64,000 bases of DNA from a virus (taxonomy: Duplodnaviria; Caudoviricetes). Location of the stretch: the IMG/VR virus record IMGVR_UViG_3300024346_000005. One strand, 5' to 3'. Positions 1-9,922 of this stretch are shown piece after piece. The position numbers and the translations under genes are program-made. Under the pieces are notes generated by a model. That model worked only from the letters and a program-made list of their open reading frames with translations. It did not search any database and had not been told where the DNA came from. Positions within the stretch are counted from its first letter, which is position 1. Each line of letters starts with the position of its first letter.

Positions 1-117
1 AAAACTGCCTTCTTGGAACTGTACGATAAGATTGATGCCGATTTTGTAATGCCTTCCGAAACTCTTGAACTGACTATTGAGGGTGGTAGGGAGATTGACA
101 TTAACCTTCCCTTCTGA
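1..117 (+). CDS. 3' end of an upstream gene, probably the cyanophage CobS/MoxR-like AAA ATPase (partial)
   Basis: Frame 1 is open from base 1 (KTAFLELYDKIDADF...) to TGA at 115-117; it resembles the C-terminus of that family as recalled. Confidence 0.5.
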   Translation, partial: KTAFLELYDKIDADFVMPSETLELTIEGGREIDINLPF

Positions 118-138
118 TATAATTGGGGGAGGTTAATT

Positions 139-582
139 ATGACTTCTCCCCTTATGTTTGGACCTGAAGACGAACAAAATCTTATCAATAAATTCAATCT
201 CACTATGAATGGTGAGACTGGCATACTTAATGTTACAAAAACTCCTGTTACTATGACTGATAAAACAAATCATCTTTGGAAATACAACGAAGATAAAATC
301 CTTAAAGATGTTGAAGAATATGTGACTACTACCTATCACGGTCATTACTGTGGTGATAGTGATGGTTATGCCGATATTCAGACTATTGACCTGATGGCAG
401 CAAAAAAACTGGCAGCAGGTTTCTGTCAGGCAAACATCCTGAAGTATGGTTCTCGTTATGGGGACAAGGATGGTCGCAATAAGCGTGACTTGATGAAAGT
501 CATTCACTATGCTATGCTACTTCTCCACTTTGACGGGCATTATACTCGTAAAGATAATGGACTCTCCGAATTCAATCGCTGA
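139..582 (+). CDS. conserved phage protein, DUF3310/SaV-like
   Basis: FCQANILKYGSRYGDKDG...DLMKVIHY motif. Confidence 0.55.
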   Translation: MTSPLMFGPEDEQNLINKFNLTMNGETGILNVTKTPVTMTDKTNHLWKYNEDKILKDVEEYVTTTYHGHYCGDSDGYADIQTIDLMAAKKLAAGFCQANILKYGSRYGDKDGRNKRDLMKVIHYAMLLLHFDGHYTRKDNGLSEFNR

Positions 583-587
583 TTATT

Positions 588-1277
588 ATGAAACTGAAAG
601 AAAACACTATGAAACTCTCTGACAATACTCTGACTCTTCTCAAGAACTTTGCCGGTATCAATCAGTCTATTCTCGTAAAGCAGGGTAATAAACTTCGCAC
701 AATTTCTATTGCCAAGAACATTTTGGCAGAGGCAGAAATTACCGAAGATTTCCCTCGTGAATTTGCGGTTTATGACCTGAATCAGTTCCTGAATGGTTTG
801 AGTCTTCATCAGGACCCAGACCTTGATTTTACCGAAGATTCTTATATTACCATTCGTGAAGGTAAGCGTAGGGTCAAGTATTTCTATGCCGACCCTAACG
901 TAATCATTTCTCCTCCAGAAAAAGAAATCAAACTTCCTTCCGAAGATGTGTGTTTTCAGTTGGAAACTGGTTCTCTGGAGAAACTGGTGAAAGCAGCAGG
1001 AGTTTATCAGTTGCCTGATATTTCGGCAATTGGTGATGCCGGTGTGATTCGTCTGGTGGTTCGTGATAAGAAGAATGATACTTCTAACGAATACTCTATC
1101 GTTGTGGGTGAAACTGACGAACAATTTACTTTCAACTTCAAGGTTGAGAACATCAGTAAGATTGTTTCTGGTGCCTATAATGTGGTTGTGTCACGGAAAC
1201 TTCTGTCACAATTTACCAACACGAAGCACAATCTTTCTTACTGGATTGCTCTGGAACCAGACAGCACTTTTAATTGA
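588..1277 (+). CDS. gp45: DNA polymerase sliding clamp (start may be 609)
   Basis: MKLSDNTLTLLKNFAGINQSI, FAVYDLNQFL, YWIALE; first gene of the T4 replication cluster. Confidence 0.95.
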   Translation: MKLKENTMKLSDNTLTLLKNFAGINQSILVKQGNKLRTISIAKNILAEAEITEDFPREFAVYDLNQFLNGLSLHQDPDLDFTEDSYITIREGKRRVKYFYADPNVIISPPEKEIKLPSEDVCFQLETGSLEKLVKAAGVYQLPDISAIGDAGVIRLVVRDKKNDTSNEYSIVVGETDEQFTFNFKVENISKIVSGAYNVVVSRKLLSQFTNTKHNLSYWIALEPDSTFN

Positions 1278-1293
1278 TTCTTTCTTCTTTATT

Positions 1294-1698
1294 ATGGAAT
1301 TTCTACTCTATTTGACTCCTGCTGGTCAGGAAATAATTAGCAAAATTATGCTAAAGAATTATAATGTTAGAGAAAATGCTCCAGTCTGTAGAGACAAGCA
1401 GTTATTTGGACTTCTAAAGTCTCCCGACTTTATAATTTGTTTAGATAATATCAAAAACACAATTAGTCCAGTAAAGCATTATGTAAATGAAACTGTGTAT
1501 CACGAAGCAGTTCACGTTGCACAGGCGTGTAAGGGTGGTAAACTGGGAATATCTGCTTCTCTGAACCAGTATAAACTAAATGATGTTATGCGGTCAGTAA
1601 AGGCAACTGGTTCATATGCCATTTATGAAACAGAGGCATATTATCTAGAAGATAAACCAGAAGAAGTTCTTTACCATCTTAAGAAATATTGTTTCTGA
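1294..1698 (+). CDS. hypothetical protein with HEXXH motif
   Basis: Likely start ATG 1294 (the longer ORF overlaps gp45); YHEAVHVAQ. Confidence 0.6.
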   Translation: MEFLLYLTPAGQEIISKIMLKNYNVRENAPVCRDKQLFGLLKSPDFIICLDNIKNTISPVKHYVNETVYHEAVHVAQACKGGKLGISASLNQYKLNDVMRSVKATGSYAIYETEAYYLEDKPEEVLYHLKKYCF

Positions 1699-2210
1699 TG
1701 AATATTTTTGTTACTTCTGAATTTCCGGCAGAGTCTGCAATTTGTCTTCCGGACAAACACATAGTTAAAATGCCGCTTGAATGCTGTCAAATGCTCTCTA
1801 TTGTAGCATCAACAAAGTGGGGACACGATTATGGAACTCTTCCTAAAAAAGATGGAACTCCATATGCAACGGAGAAAGGTGCTTTCCGTAATCATCCCTG
1901 TACTCAATGGGCAGCAAAGACTATTGATAATGCCTACTGGCTAATTAAGTGGGGTATGAATCTGTGTGATGAATATACGTTGCGGTATGGTAAGACCCAT
2001 TCGTGCTACAATACTCTTGTAGATGCCTACTATTTGTTTCCTAAGGGGAAGATTACTAATGTAACACCATTTGCCCGTGCTATGCCCGATGAATATAAAT
2101 TTGACACAAGCATTGACACTTTTACTGCTTACAAGATGTATATTGCATCCAAACCTTGGGTTGCATCTAATTATCTTCGTATGCCACAAAGAAAACCTGA
2201 ATGGATTTGA
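1698..2210 (+). CDS. pyrimidine-dimer DNA glycosylase / endonuclease V-like protein
   Basis: MNIFVT...LPDKHIVKMPLECCQMLS...NHPCTQWA family pattern; ATG overlaps the upstream TGA. Confidence 0.7.
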   Translation: MNIFVTSEFPAESAICLPDKHIVKMPLECCQMLSIVASTKWGHDYGTLPKKDGTPYATEKGAFRNHPCTQWAAKTIDNAYWLIKWGMNLCDEYTLRYGKTHSCYNTLVDAYYLFPKGKITNVTPFARAMPDEYKFDTSIDTFTAYKMYIASKPWVASNYLRMPQRKPEWI

Positions 2211-3158
2211 TTGATTATGAGTGATTTCTTATGGTGCGAACGATACCGCCCAAAAACAATTGAAGAATGTATTCTTCCCGAACAGACTAAAAAGTCGTTT
2301 CAAGATTTTCTAAATAGTGGCGAACTGCCTAACTTGCTTCTTTGTGGTCCTGCTGGTGTGGGAAAAACCACTGTGGCAAAGGCACTATGTAATGAATTGG
2401 GGGTAGATTGTTATGTCATCAATGGATCCGACGAAGGTAGATTCCTCGATACTGTCCGAAACAATGCGAAAAACTTCGCTTCGACCGTCTCACTTTCGTC
2501 AGATGCTAAACACAAAGTCGTCCTTATTGATGAGGCAGATAACACAAGTAACGATGTTCAACTCCTCTTACGGGCGTTTATTGAGGAATTTGCTGGTAAT
2601 TGTCGATTCATCTTCACCTGCAACTACAAAAACAAAATCATTGAACCTCTTCACTCCCGATGTGCCGTCATTGACTTCACAATCAAAGGAAAAGAAAAGA
2701 CTAAGTTGGCAGGATCCTTCTTCAAGCGTCTACAAAACATCCTGGATAAGGAGAGCGTCAGATATGATCCGAAGGTCCTTGCGGAACTAATAAACAAACA
2801 CTTCCCAGACTTCAGACGGGTCACCAACGAATGTCAAAGATATTCTGTTAGTGGTGAAATTGATTCGGGTATTTTGGCATCCTTTTCGGACATCTCCGTA
2901 AATGAACTAAACAAGTATCTGAAAGAAAAGAACTTTTCCGAAGTTCGTAAGTGGGTTGTTTCCAATTTGGATAATGACACCAATATCATTTTGCGTCGTA
3001 TCTATGACTCCTTGTACGATGTTCTTGATGGACCTTCTATTGCTGCCGCAGTATTAGTTGTGGCAAAGTATCAATATCAATCGGCATTTGTTGCGGACCA
3101 AGAGATAAATCTTCTTGCTTGCTTGACTGAAATAATGGTGGAGTGCAATTTCAAGTGA
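2211..3158 (+). CDS. gp44: clamp loader large subunit (AAA+)
   Basis: LWCERYRPKTIEECIL, Walker A GPAGVGKTT, DEAD, FIFTCN. Confidence 0.97.
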   Translation: MIMSDFLWCERYRPKTIEECILPEQTKKSFQDFLNSGELPNLLLCGPAGVGKTTVAKALCNELGVDCYVINGSDEGRFLDTVRNNAKNFASTVSLSSDAKHKVVLIDEADNTSNDVQLLLRAFIEEFAGNCRFIFTCNYKNKIIEPLHSRCAVIDFTIKGKEKTKLAGSFFKRLQNILDKESVRYDPKVLAELINKHFPDFRRVTNECQRYSVSGEIDSGILASFSDISVNELNKYLKEKNFSEVRKWVVSNLDNDTNIILRRIYDSLYDVLDGPSIAAAVLVVAKYQYQSAFVADQEINLLACLTEIMVECNFK

Positions 3159-3373
3159 ACCAGTATAAAATCTCATATAAGAATCTTAAAGAAGAACCTG
3201 TTAAAACAACTCCAGAGAATGTGAAAGAGGCAAATGAAGCACTCTTTCGTGCTAAAATGACTCTTCCTGCTGCAGCAAAGCACTGTGGTATGACGCATAA
3301 AGAAATGAAACTTACCTTTTGGGAATACTTGAAGTATCACAAATCTGATTATGAAAACACAGAAATCTCTTAA
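3155..3373 (+). CDS. small hypothetical protein, possible HTH
   Basis: GTG overlapping the gp44 stop; MTLPAAAKHCGMT. Confidence 0.55.
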   Translation: MNQYKISYKNLKEEPVKTTPENVKEANEALFRAKMTLPAAAKHCGMTHKEMKLTFWEYLKYHKSDYENTEIS

Positions 3374-4262
3374 AACCCCTTTGCGGTATCCTGGCGGCAA
3401 GTCCCGTGCTTGTACCAAGATGGACCCTTATTTCCCAGATCTTCGTAATTATGATGAGTTCCGAGAACCATTTCTTGGCGGTGGTTCTGTGGCAATTCAT
3501 ATTACTAAAAAATATCCAGACCTCAAGATTTGGGTGAATGACCTTTATTCTCCGCTTGTAATCTTCTGGCAGCAACTCCAGATGTTTGGAACGGAACTTA
3601 AGGACCATCTCTTACATTTTAAGAGTGCCTGCCCTGATCCTGATTCTGCAAGGGGGTTGTTTGACATCTCTAAAACTATCCTAAATGATCCTAAGACTGG
3701 AGATTTTGAGCGAGCAGTCAGATTTTATATCGTCAATAAGTGCTCCTTTAGTGGTCTTACCGAAAGTTCTTCTTTTTCTCCACAAGCATCGAATAGCAAT
3801 TTTTCACTGAGAGGTATTGAAAAACTTTCGGAGTATTCTAAACTGATTGCAAATTGGCGTATAACTAATTATTCCTATGATTATCTAATGGATGGAAACA
3901 AAGGTGCTTTTATGTATCTCGATCCTCCTTATGACATTAAGGATAATCTCTATGGGCGTAAGGGATCAATGCACAAAGGATTTGATCACGATAAGTTTGC
4001 TGCTGATTGCGATTCTAATAATATGGATCAATTAGTGAGTTATAATTCAGATCAACTTGTAAAAGATAGATTTACGAACTGGACTGCCGCTGAGTTTGAT
4101 TTAACTTATACGATGCGTTCAGTAGGTGAATATATGAGAGATCAAAAACAACGTAAAGAACTGCTATTATTTAATTACACAAAAACTCCCAAAATCCAAT
4201 TTAATTTTGATGGATGTTATAATTACAATAGATTAAAAAGTGAGGGATTGATTGGTGACTGA
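3351..4262 (+). CDS. dam: DNA adenine methyltransferase (Dam/D12 class)
   Basis: LRYPGGKS, EPFLGGGSV, NDL, catalytic YLDPPY. Confidence 0.92.
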   Translation: MKTQKSLKTPLRYPGGKSRACTKMDPYFPDLRNYDEFREPFLGGGSVAIHITKKYPDLKIWVNDLYSPLVIFWQQLQMFGTELKDHLLHFKSACPDPDSARGLFDISKTILNDPKTGDFERAVRFYIVNKCSFSGLTESSSFSPQASNSNFSLRGIEKLSEYSKLIANWRITNYSYDYLMDGNKGAFMYLDPPYDIKDNLYGRKGSMHKGFDHDKFAADCDSNNMDQLVSYNSDQLVKDRFTNWTAAEFDLTYTMRSVGEYMRDQKQRKELLLFNYTKTPKIQFNFDGCYNYNRLKSEGLIGD

Positions 4263-4638
4263 ATTGAAGGACTGGTTGAACTCGATCAATCAAACAAAGA
4301 AGAACCTGATTGACGAAGACCCTTCAACTGAGAAGGGGTATGCACCATATATTATCAATCGGTGTCTTTCCGGAGAAATTGATTGTATTATGTTTGTTAA
4401 TGAATTGAATCAGTATCATTTTCTTCCTAAAAAAATGCAATATGACTTTCTTATAAATATTCTGAGAGTTAAGAGGAGATATTCTCCTTGGATTCGTAAA
4501 GATAAAATCAAAGATCTTGATATTGTCAAGCGTTATTATGGTTATAGTAATGAAAAGGCACAGCAGGCTTTGAGGATTCTAACAAAAGAACAACTAACAT
4601 TTATTAAATCGAAATTTGAAACTGGAGGAACAAAATGA
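4252..4638 (+). CDS. gp62: clamp loader small subunit
   Basis: LKDWLNSIN...YAPYIINRCLS...QYDFLIN...YYGYSNEKA. Confidence 0.9.
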   Translation: MVTELKDWLNSINQTKKNLIDEDPSTEKGYAPYIINRCLSGEIDCIMFVNELNQYHFLPKKMQYDFLINILRVKRRYSPWIRKDKIKDLDIVKRYYGYSNEKAQQALRILTKEQLTFIKSKFETGGTK

Positions 4639-5075
4639 GTGTCGTTCAAGAACCCACTGTACAATGGTCGCCTGATATGATGATAGAAGTCATTCTGAAT
4701 GAACCAGATGATTTCTTAAAAGTTCGTGAAACTTTGACTCGTATTGGAGTTGCCTCAAGAAAAGAGAAGAAACTTTATCAGAGTTGTCACATTCTTCATA
4801 AGCAAGGTCGTTATTTTATTACACACTTTAAAGAACTTTTTGCTCTGGATGGCAAACACGCAAACTTAACTGTAAATGATATTCAGCGTCGTAATCGTAT
4901 CGTTCAGTTAATTGCTGATTGGGGATTGGTTGAAGTAGTTGATGTGAGCAAGGTTCAGGATATTGCCCCTCTAAATCAAATTAAAGTTCTCCCGCATAAG
5001 GAAAAAGGTGACTGGATTCTAGAGACTAAGTATAATATTGGTTCTAAGAAGAAAAAGGTTGAAGAAACCGAATAA
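4635..5075 (+). CDS. regA: translational repressor
   Basis: DDFLKVRETLTRIGVAS...LYQSCHILHKQGRYFITHFKELF. Confidence 0.97.
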   Translation: MSVVQEPTVQWSPDMMIEVILNEPDDFLKVRETLTRIGVASRKEKKLYQSCHILHKQGRYFITHFKELFALDGKHANLTVNDIQRRNRIVQLIADWGLVEVVDVSKVQDIAPLNQIKVLPHKEKGDWILETKYNIGSKKKKVEETE

Positions 5076-5081
5076 TAAAGT

Positions 5082-5105
5082 AGGGAGTTCAACACTCCCT
5101 TTTTT
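5082..5105 (+). terminator. intrinsic terminator after regA
   Basis: AGGGAGT-TCAAC-ACTCCCT followed by a T run. Confidence 0.8.
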
Positions 5106-5184
5106 ATTATGAACTCATATATAATAGTAAGGACGCCTTCGGGGTCCACAAAACACAAACTCGCTTTAAAAAGGAGCTACCATA

Positions 5185-5619
5185 ATGACTAATCTTACGA
5201 GATATACTGCTGCGGATCTTCCTGCTCTAATGGATAGGATTACTCGCAATAGTATTGGAATGGACGAATATTTTGATCGTCTATTCAATCTTCACGAAAC
5301 TACAAATAACTATCCACCCTACAATCTAATTCAGGTAAATAATGTAGAGTCTCATTTAGAGATTGCACTTGCAGGATTTAAGAGAGGAGAAGTAAATGTC
5401 TTCACAGAGTATGGAAAACTTTTTGTCGAAGGGCAAAAATCAGATACTGAATCGGATAGGACGTTTGTCCACAAGGGTCTGGCTCAACGAAGTTTCAAAA
5501 GAGCATGGACACTATCAGACGACACCGAAGTCCGAGAAGTCACCTTTGAGGACGGACTACTTACCATTCGACTAGGTAAGATTGTTCCAGAACACCACAG
5601 CAGAAAAGAGTACCTATAA
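5185..5619 (+). CDS. hsp20: small heat shock protein
   Basis: NYPPYNLI, EIALAGF, GLAQRSFKRAWTL, FEDGLL (alpha-crystallin domain). Confidence 0.95.
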   Translation: MTNLTRYTAADLPALMDRITRNSIGMDEYFDRLFNLHETTNNYPPYNLIQVNNVESHLEIALAGFKRGEVNVFTEYGKLFVEGQKSDTESDRTFVHKGLAQRSFKRAWTLSDDTEVREVTFEDGLLTIRLGKIVPEHHSRKEYL

Positions 5620-5654
5620 ATACTTGAGGCTGCCCCAAAAATATCGTTGCCGCA

Positions 5655-5705
5655 GGGAGGTAACTGGCAAAAACCAGTTGACACCTCCCTTTTTTATGCT
5701 ATAAT
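5655..5705 (+). promoter_or_regulatory. terminator hairpin overlapping a sigma70-type promoter
   Basis: GGGAGGT...ACCTCCC plus T run; TTGACA at 5678, 16-nt spacer, TATAAT at 5700. Confidence 0.65.
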
Positions 5706-5726
5706 GAATTGAGAGGAAAACTAAAA

Positions 5727-6062
5727 ATGTCTGTAAAAATTGCTCTATTAAAATCTGGAGAATCAGTAATTGCCGATATTAAGGAATTGATTTCTGAAGA
5801 TAAAGTGTGTGGGTACTTATTCACAAATCCACATAAAATGCAGGTCAGTAATTCAATTTTCTTGACGGAAGAACCAATAGGATCCGAAGATGGTACTGTA
5901 AGTGTAACATTTTCTTCTTGGATTCTCTTTACAAGTGATAATGAGATTCCAGTTCGTCCCGATTGGGTTGTAACAATTGTTGAACCAGTTAAAGATATTA
6001 AAAAAATGTATGAGGAAAAGGTAAATGGAACGGAATGTGAAGTGTCTTCTATTGAAGGTTGA
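5727..6062 (+). CDS. conserved cyanophage hypothetical protein
   Basis: MSVKIALLKSGESVIADIKE; lies just upstream of gp43. Confidence 0.7.
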   Translation: MSVKIALLKSGESVIADIKELISEDKVCGYLFTNPHKMQVSNSIFLTEEPIGSEDGTVSVTFSSWILFTSDNEIPVRPDWVVTIVEPVKDIKKMYEEKVNGTECEVSSIEG

Positions 6063-6279
6063 TACGGTATTAATTACTGAGATTATTGAAGTTGGTTCTG
6101 AACTTGGAGAACCTGATTGTAAACTAATCAATCCATATCAGTTTTTGAGTATAGATGATATGAGACCCTGGCCAGAAGTTACTAATCAGACTGAACTAAT
6201 GATTCATTCTGATAGTATTCTTACAATCGCAGAACCTACTCCGGAAATTGTTACAAAGTATCTTGAACTAACTACCTGA
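6025..6279 (+). CDS. hypothetical protein
   Basis: 84-aa ORF whose stop is coupled to the gp43 start. Confidence 0.65.
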   Translation: MERNVKCLLLKVDTVLITEIIEVGSELGEPDCKLINPYQFLSIDDMRPWPEVTNQTELMIHSDSILTIAEPTPEIVTKYLELTT

Positions 6280-8780
6280 TGAATTTTTATACAAACGTAC
6301 AAATGGTTGGGGACCACTTCTTGGTTCGTGGTTATGAAAATGGTAGACATTTTATGACCCGTGAGAAGTTTTCTCCAACTCTTTTTGTTCCGTCTAAAAA
6401 ACCAACCAAATATAAAACACTGAATGGTGAATATGTTGAAGCAGTTCAACCTGGTTCTGTGAGAGATTGTAGAGAGTTTTTTAAAACGTATAATGGGGTA
6501 GAAAATTTTAAAATCTATGGAAATGAGAAGTACATTTATCAATACATTTCCGATAAATATCCAGAAAATGAAATTAAGTTTGATATTAGTAAAATTAAAC
6601 TAACAACAATTGATATTGAGGTTGCATCGGAAAATGGATTTCCAGATGTAGAAAATGCTGCAGAAGAAGTGCTGCTTATTACACTTCAAGACTATAATAC
6701 CAAACAGATTCGTACTTGGGGGTTGGGTCCATTTGACAATAAACAAACTAATGTTTCTTACCGAGCATTTTCTGATGAGCATAGTCTTTTAAATGATTTT
6801 ATCCACTGGTGGATGATTGAGGAAAATACTCCAGAAGTTATTACTGGTTGGAATAGTGAACTTTATGATATTCCATATCTAGTTCGTCGTCTAGAAAGAA
6901 TTTTGGGCGAAAAACTGATGAAGAGAATGTCACCTTGGGGACTTGTAACTGAGGATGAAACTTATATCTCTGGAAGAAAGCATATTTCCTATGATATTGG
7001 AGGTATTAGTCAACTTGATTATATCAAACTTTATAAAAAATTTACATATAAAGCACAGGAATCTTATCGCCTAGATCATATTGTGAGTGTGGAACTTGGG
7101 CAAAAAAAACTTGACCACTCCGAGTTTGATACATTCAAAGACTTCTATACTAAGGGTTGGCAGAAATTCGTAGAGTATAACATTATCGACGTAGAACTTG
7201 TTGACCGTTTGGAAGACAAGATGAAACTGATTGAACTTGCCCTTACGATGGCATATGATGGAAAGGTAAATTATGAGGATGTATTTTCACAAGTTCGTAT
7301 GTGGGATACTATTATCTACAACTATTTGAAGAAGAGGGATATTGTTATCCCCCCAAAAGAAAAAACTGATAAGGATTCTAAGTATGCTGGTGCTTATGTA
7401 AAAGAACCTGTTCCTGGAATTTATGATTGGGTTGTAAATTTTGACTTAAATAGTCTATATCCACATTTAATTATGCAATTTAATGTGAGTCCAGAAACTC
7501 TTGTTGATGAAAGACATCCTACCGTAACTGTAGATAAGATTCTTAATCAACAACTTACCTTTGAAATGTATAAGGACTATGCGGTCTGTCCTAACGGTGC
7601 TATGTATCGTAAGGACATTCGTGGTTTTCTTCCAGAACTAATGGAGAAAATGTATAATGATCGTGTCATTTTTAAGGAAAAAATGATTGAGGCAAAAAAA
7701 CAATATGAGAAGAAAAAAACAAAAGAATTGGAGAAGGAAATTTCTAGATGTAACAATATCCAAATGGCAAAAAAGATTGCTCTCAATTCTGCCTATGGAA
7801 GTGTCGGGAATGAATGGTTTAGGTACTTTAAACTAGCAAATGCCGAAGCAATTACTCTTTCGGGGCAAGTTGCTATTCGTTGGATTGAAAATAAGATGAA
7901 TACATATTTCAATAAACTTCTTAAAACTAAGGACTTTGATTATGTTATTGCTTCTGATACTGACTCCATCTATCTTAATATGGGTCCTTTGGTTGAAACT
8001 GTATACGAGGGAAGAGAGAAAACTACTGAAGGCGTTGTTTCGTTCCTTGATAAGATCTGTAAGGTGGAACTTGAAAAGTATATTGAAGGTTGCTACCAAG
8101 AACTGGCGGAGTATATGAATGCCTATGATCAGAAAATGCAGATGAAGCGGGAGAATATTGCCGACCGTGGAATTTGGACTGCGAAGAAGCGTTATATTCT
8201 CAATGTCTGGGATAGTGAAGGAGTTAGATATTCTGAACCTAAATTGAAGATGATGGGTATTGAGGCAGTCAAGTCTTCAACTCCGGCACCTTGTCGCAAG
8301 ATGATTAAGGATGGTCTTAAGATTATGATGAGCGGAACCGAAGATGAGGTGATTAGATTTATTGATAAGTGTCTCCAAGAATTTAAATCTCTTCCACCGG
8401 AGCAAATTGCTTTTCCCAGAACAGCATCTGATATTCGTAAGTATAGTTCTAACTCTGGAATCTATAGTAAGGGAACTCCAATTCACGTTCGTGGGTCTCT
8501 TTTGTTTAATCATCACATAAAAGAAAAAAAACTTACTAACAAATATTCACTTATTAATAATGGTGAGAAAGTTAAGTATATTTTCTTAAAAAAACCCAAT
8601 ATTATACAGGAGAATGTCATTTCCTTTATCTCCGAATTTCCAAAAGAATTGGGACTTGACAAATATATTGATTATGAATTACAATTTGAGAAGAGTTTCT
8701 TGGACCCACTCAAGTCTATTTTGGATTCTATTGGGTGGAAAACCGAACATACAACAAATCTTGATTCATTTTTTACCTGA
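6279..8780 (+). CDS. gp43: family B DNA polymerase
   Basis: Exonuclease DIE; polymerase motifs FDLNSLYP, KIALNSAYG, SDTDS; no intein or intron seen. Confidence 0.98.
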   Translation: MNFYTNVQMVGDHFLVRGYENGRHFMTREKFSPTLFVPSKKPTKYKTLNGEYVEAVQPGSVRDCREFFKTYNGVENFKIYGNEKYIYQYISDKYPENEIKFDISKIKLTTIDIEVASENGFPDVENAAEEVLLITLQDYNTKQIRTWGLGPFDNKQTNVSYRAFSDEHSLLNDFIHWWMIEENTPEVITGWNSELYDIPYLVRRLERILGEKLMKRMSPWGLVTEDETYISGRKHISYDIGGISQLDYIKLYKKFTYKAQESYRLDHIVSVELGQKKLDHSEFDTFKDFYTKGWQKFVEYNIIDVELVDRLEDKMKLIELALTMAYDGKVNYEDVFSQVRMWDTIIYNYLKKRDIVIPPKEKTDKDSKYAGAYVKEPVPGIYDWVVNFDLNSLYPHLIMQFNVSPETLVDERHPTVTVDKILNQQLTFEMYKDYAVCPNGAMYRKDIRGFLPELMEKMYNDRVIFKEKMIEAKKQYEKKKTKELEKEISRCNNIQMAKKIALNSAYGSVGNEWFRYFKLANAEAITLSGQVAIRWIENKMNTYFNKLLKTKDFDYVIASDTDSIYLNMGPLVETVYEGREKTTEGVVSFLDKICKVELEKYIEGCYQELAEYMNAYDQKMQMKRENIADRGIWTAKKRYILNVWDSEGVRYSEPKLKMMGIEAVKSSTPAPCRKMIKDGLKIMMSGTEDEVIRFIDKCLQEFKSLPPEQIAFPRTASDIRKYSSNSGIYSKGTPIHVRGSLLFNHHIKEKKLTNKYSLINNGEKVKYIFLKKPNIIQENVISFISEFPKELGLDKYIDYELQFEKSFLDPLKSILDSIGWKTEHTTNLDSFFT

Positions 8781-8917
8781 TGAATTTACCTATTAACGAA
8801 AAAGAACTGAATACTATTATTAGTGCTATGAGGATTGGTGGAGATACTGCTCTTTACCAAAAACTCTGGTGCTATAAAATGAATTATCTCAATAAACAAA
8901 AACAAAAGGAGGAATGA
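8780..8917 (+). CDS. small hypothetical protein (45 aa, not in ORF track)
   Basis: MNLPINEKELNTIISAMRIGGD...; ATG overlaps the gp43 TGA and fills the gap to uvsX. Confidence 0.6.
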   Translation: MNLPINEKELNTIISAMRIGGDTALYQKLWCYKMNYLNKQKQKEE

Positions 8918-8920
8918 ATT

Positions 8921-9922
8921 GTGGATTTTTTGAAAGATATAGTGAAGGAGATTGGTGGAGAATACACTCAACTAGCTTCGGATATTGATGAAACTGAAAC
9001 TTATGTGGATACGGGTTCGTACATTTTTAATGCTCTTGTATCCGGCAGTATATTTGGTGGTGTATCTGGGAATAAGATTACTGCAATCGCTGGTGAAACT
9101 TCTACTGGAAAAACTTTCTTCAGTCTTGCCGTCGTTAAAAATTTCCTTGATAATAATCCTACTGGATACTGTCTGTATTTTGATACTGAAGCAGCAATCA
9201 CAAAATCCCTTTTGGAAAGTAGGGGAGTTGACACAAGTCGTCTGGTGGTTGTCAATGTAGTTACGGTAGAAGAATTCCGTACCAAGACACTCAAGGCAGT
9301 TGATATTTACCTAAAGAAAAAAGAGGATGAAAGAAACCCTTGTATCTTTGTATTAGATTCTCTGGGAATGCTTTCTACTAATAAAGAAATTAATGATGCC
9401 TTGGCAGAGAAGGATACAAGAGATATGACTAAGGCACAACTTATCAAAGGTGCCTTCCGTATGCTGACTCTCAAACTGGGTCAGGCAAAGATTCCTATGC
9501 TAGTGACAAATCACACCTATGAGTCGATGTCTCTTTATGGTGGTAAGCAAATGTCTGGAGGTTCTGGATTGCAATATGCCGCATCCACAATTATCTATCT
9601 TTCTAAGTCAAAGGAAAAAGATGGAACGGAAGTAATTGGAAACATTATCAGGGCAAAGACTCAAAAGTCCCGTTTAAGTAAGGAGAATCAAGATGTTGAA
9701 ATCCGTCTGTATTATGATGATCGCGGTCTTGATCGTTACTACGGTCTTCTTGAACTTGGTGAACTTGGTGGACTCTGGAAGAATGTAGCAGGTCGTTATG
9801 AGATTGATGGTAAGAAACTTTATGCCAAAGAAATCTTAAAAAATACCGAAAAATATTTTACACCGGAAGTAATGGAAAAACTTGATGTGATTGCTAAAGG
9901 TGAGTTTAGTTATGGCAAATGA
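8921..9922 (+). CDS. uvsX: RecA-like recombinase
   Basis: VDTGSYIFNALVSG, Walker A GETSTGKT, FDTE, DSLG. Confidence 0.95.
   Translation: MDFLKDIVKEIGGEYTQLASDIDETETYVDTGSYIFNALVSGSIFGGVSGNKITAIAGETSTGKTFFSLAVVKNFLDNNPTGYCLYFDTEAAITKSLLESRGVDTSRLVVVNVVTVEEFRTKTLKAVDIYLKKKEDERNPCIFVLDSLGMLSTNKEINDALAEKDTRDMTKAQLIKGAFRMLTLKLGQAKIPMLVTNHTYESMSLYGGKQMSGGSGLQYAASTIIYLSKSKEKDGTEVIGNIIRAKTQKSRLSKENQDVEIRLYYDDRGLDRYYGLLELGELGGLWKNVAGRYEIDGKKLYAKEILKNTEKYFTPEVMEKLDVIAKGEFSYGK

Noticed and set aside
3351-4262. Dam gene between gp44 and gp62 as a novel restriction-modification system
   Set aside because: Orphan Dam methylases at this position are common in T4-like cyanophages, and no adjacent cognate nuclease is evident
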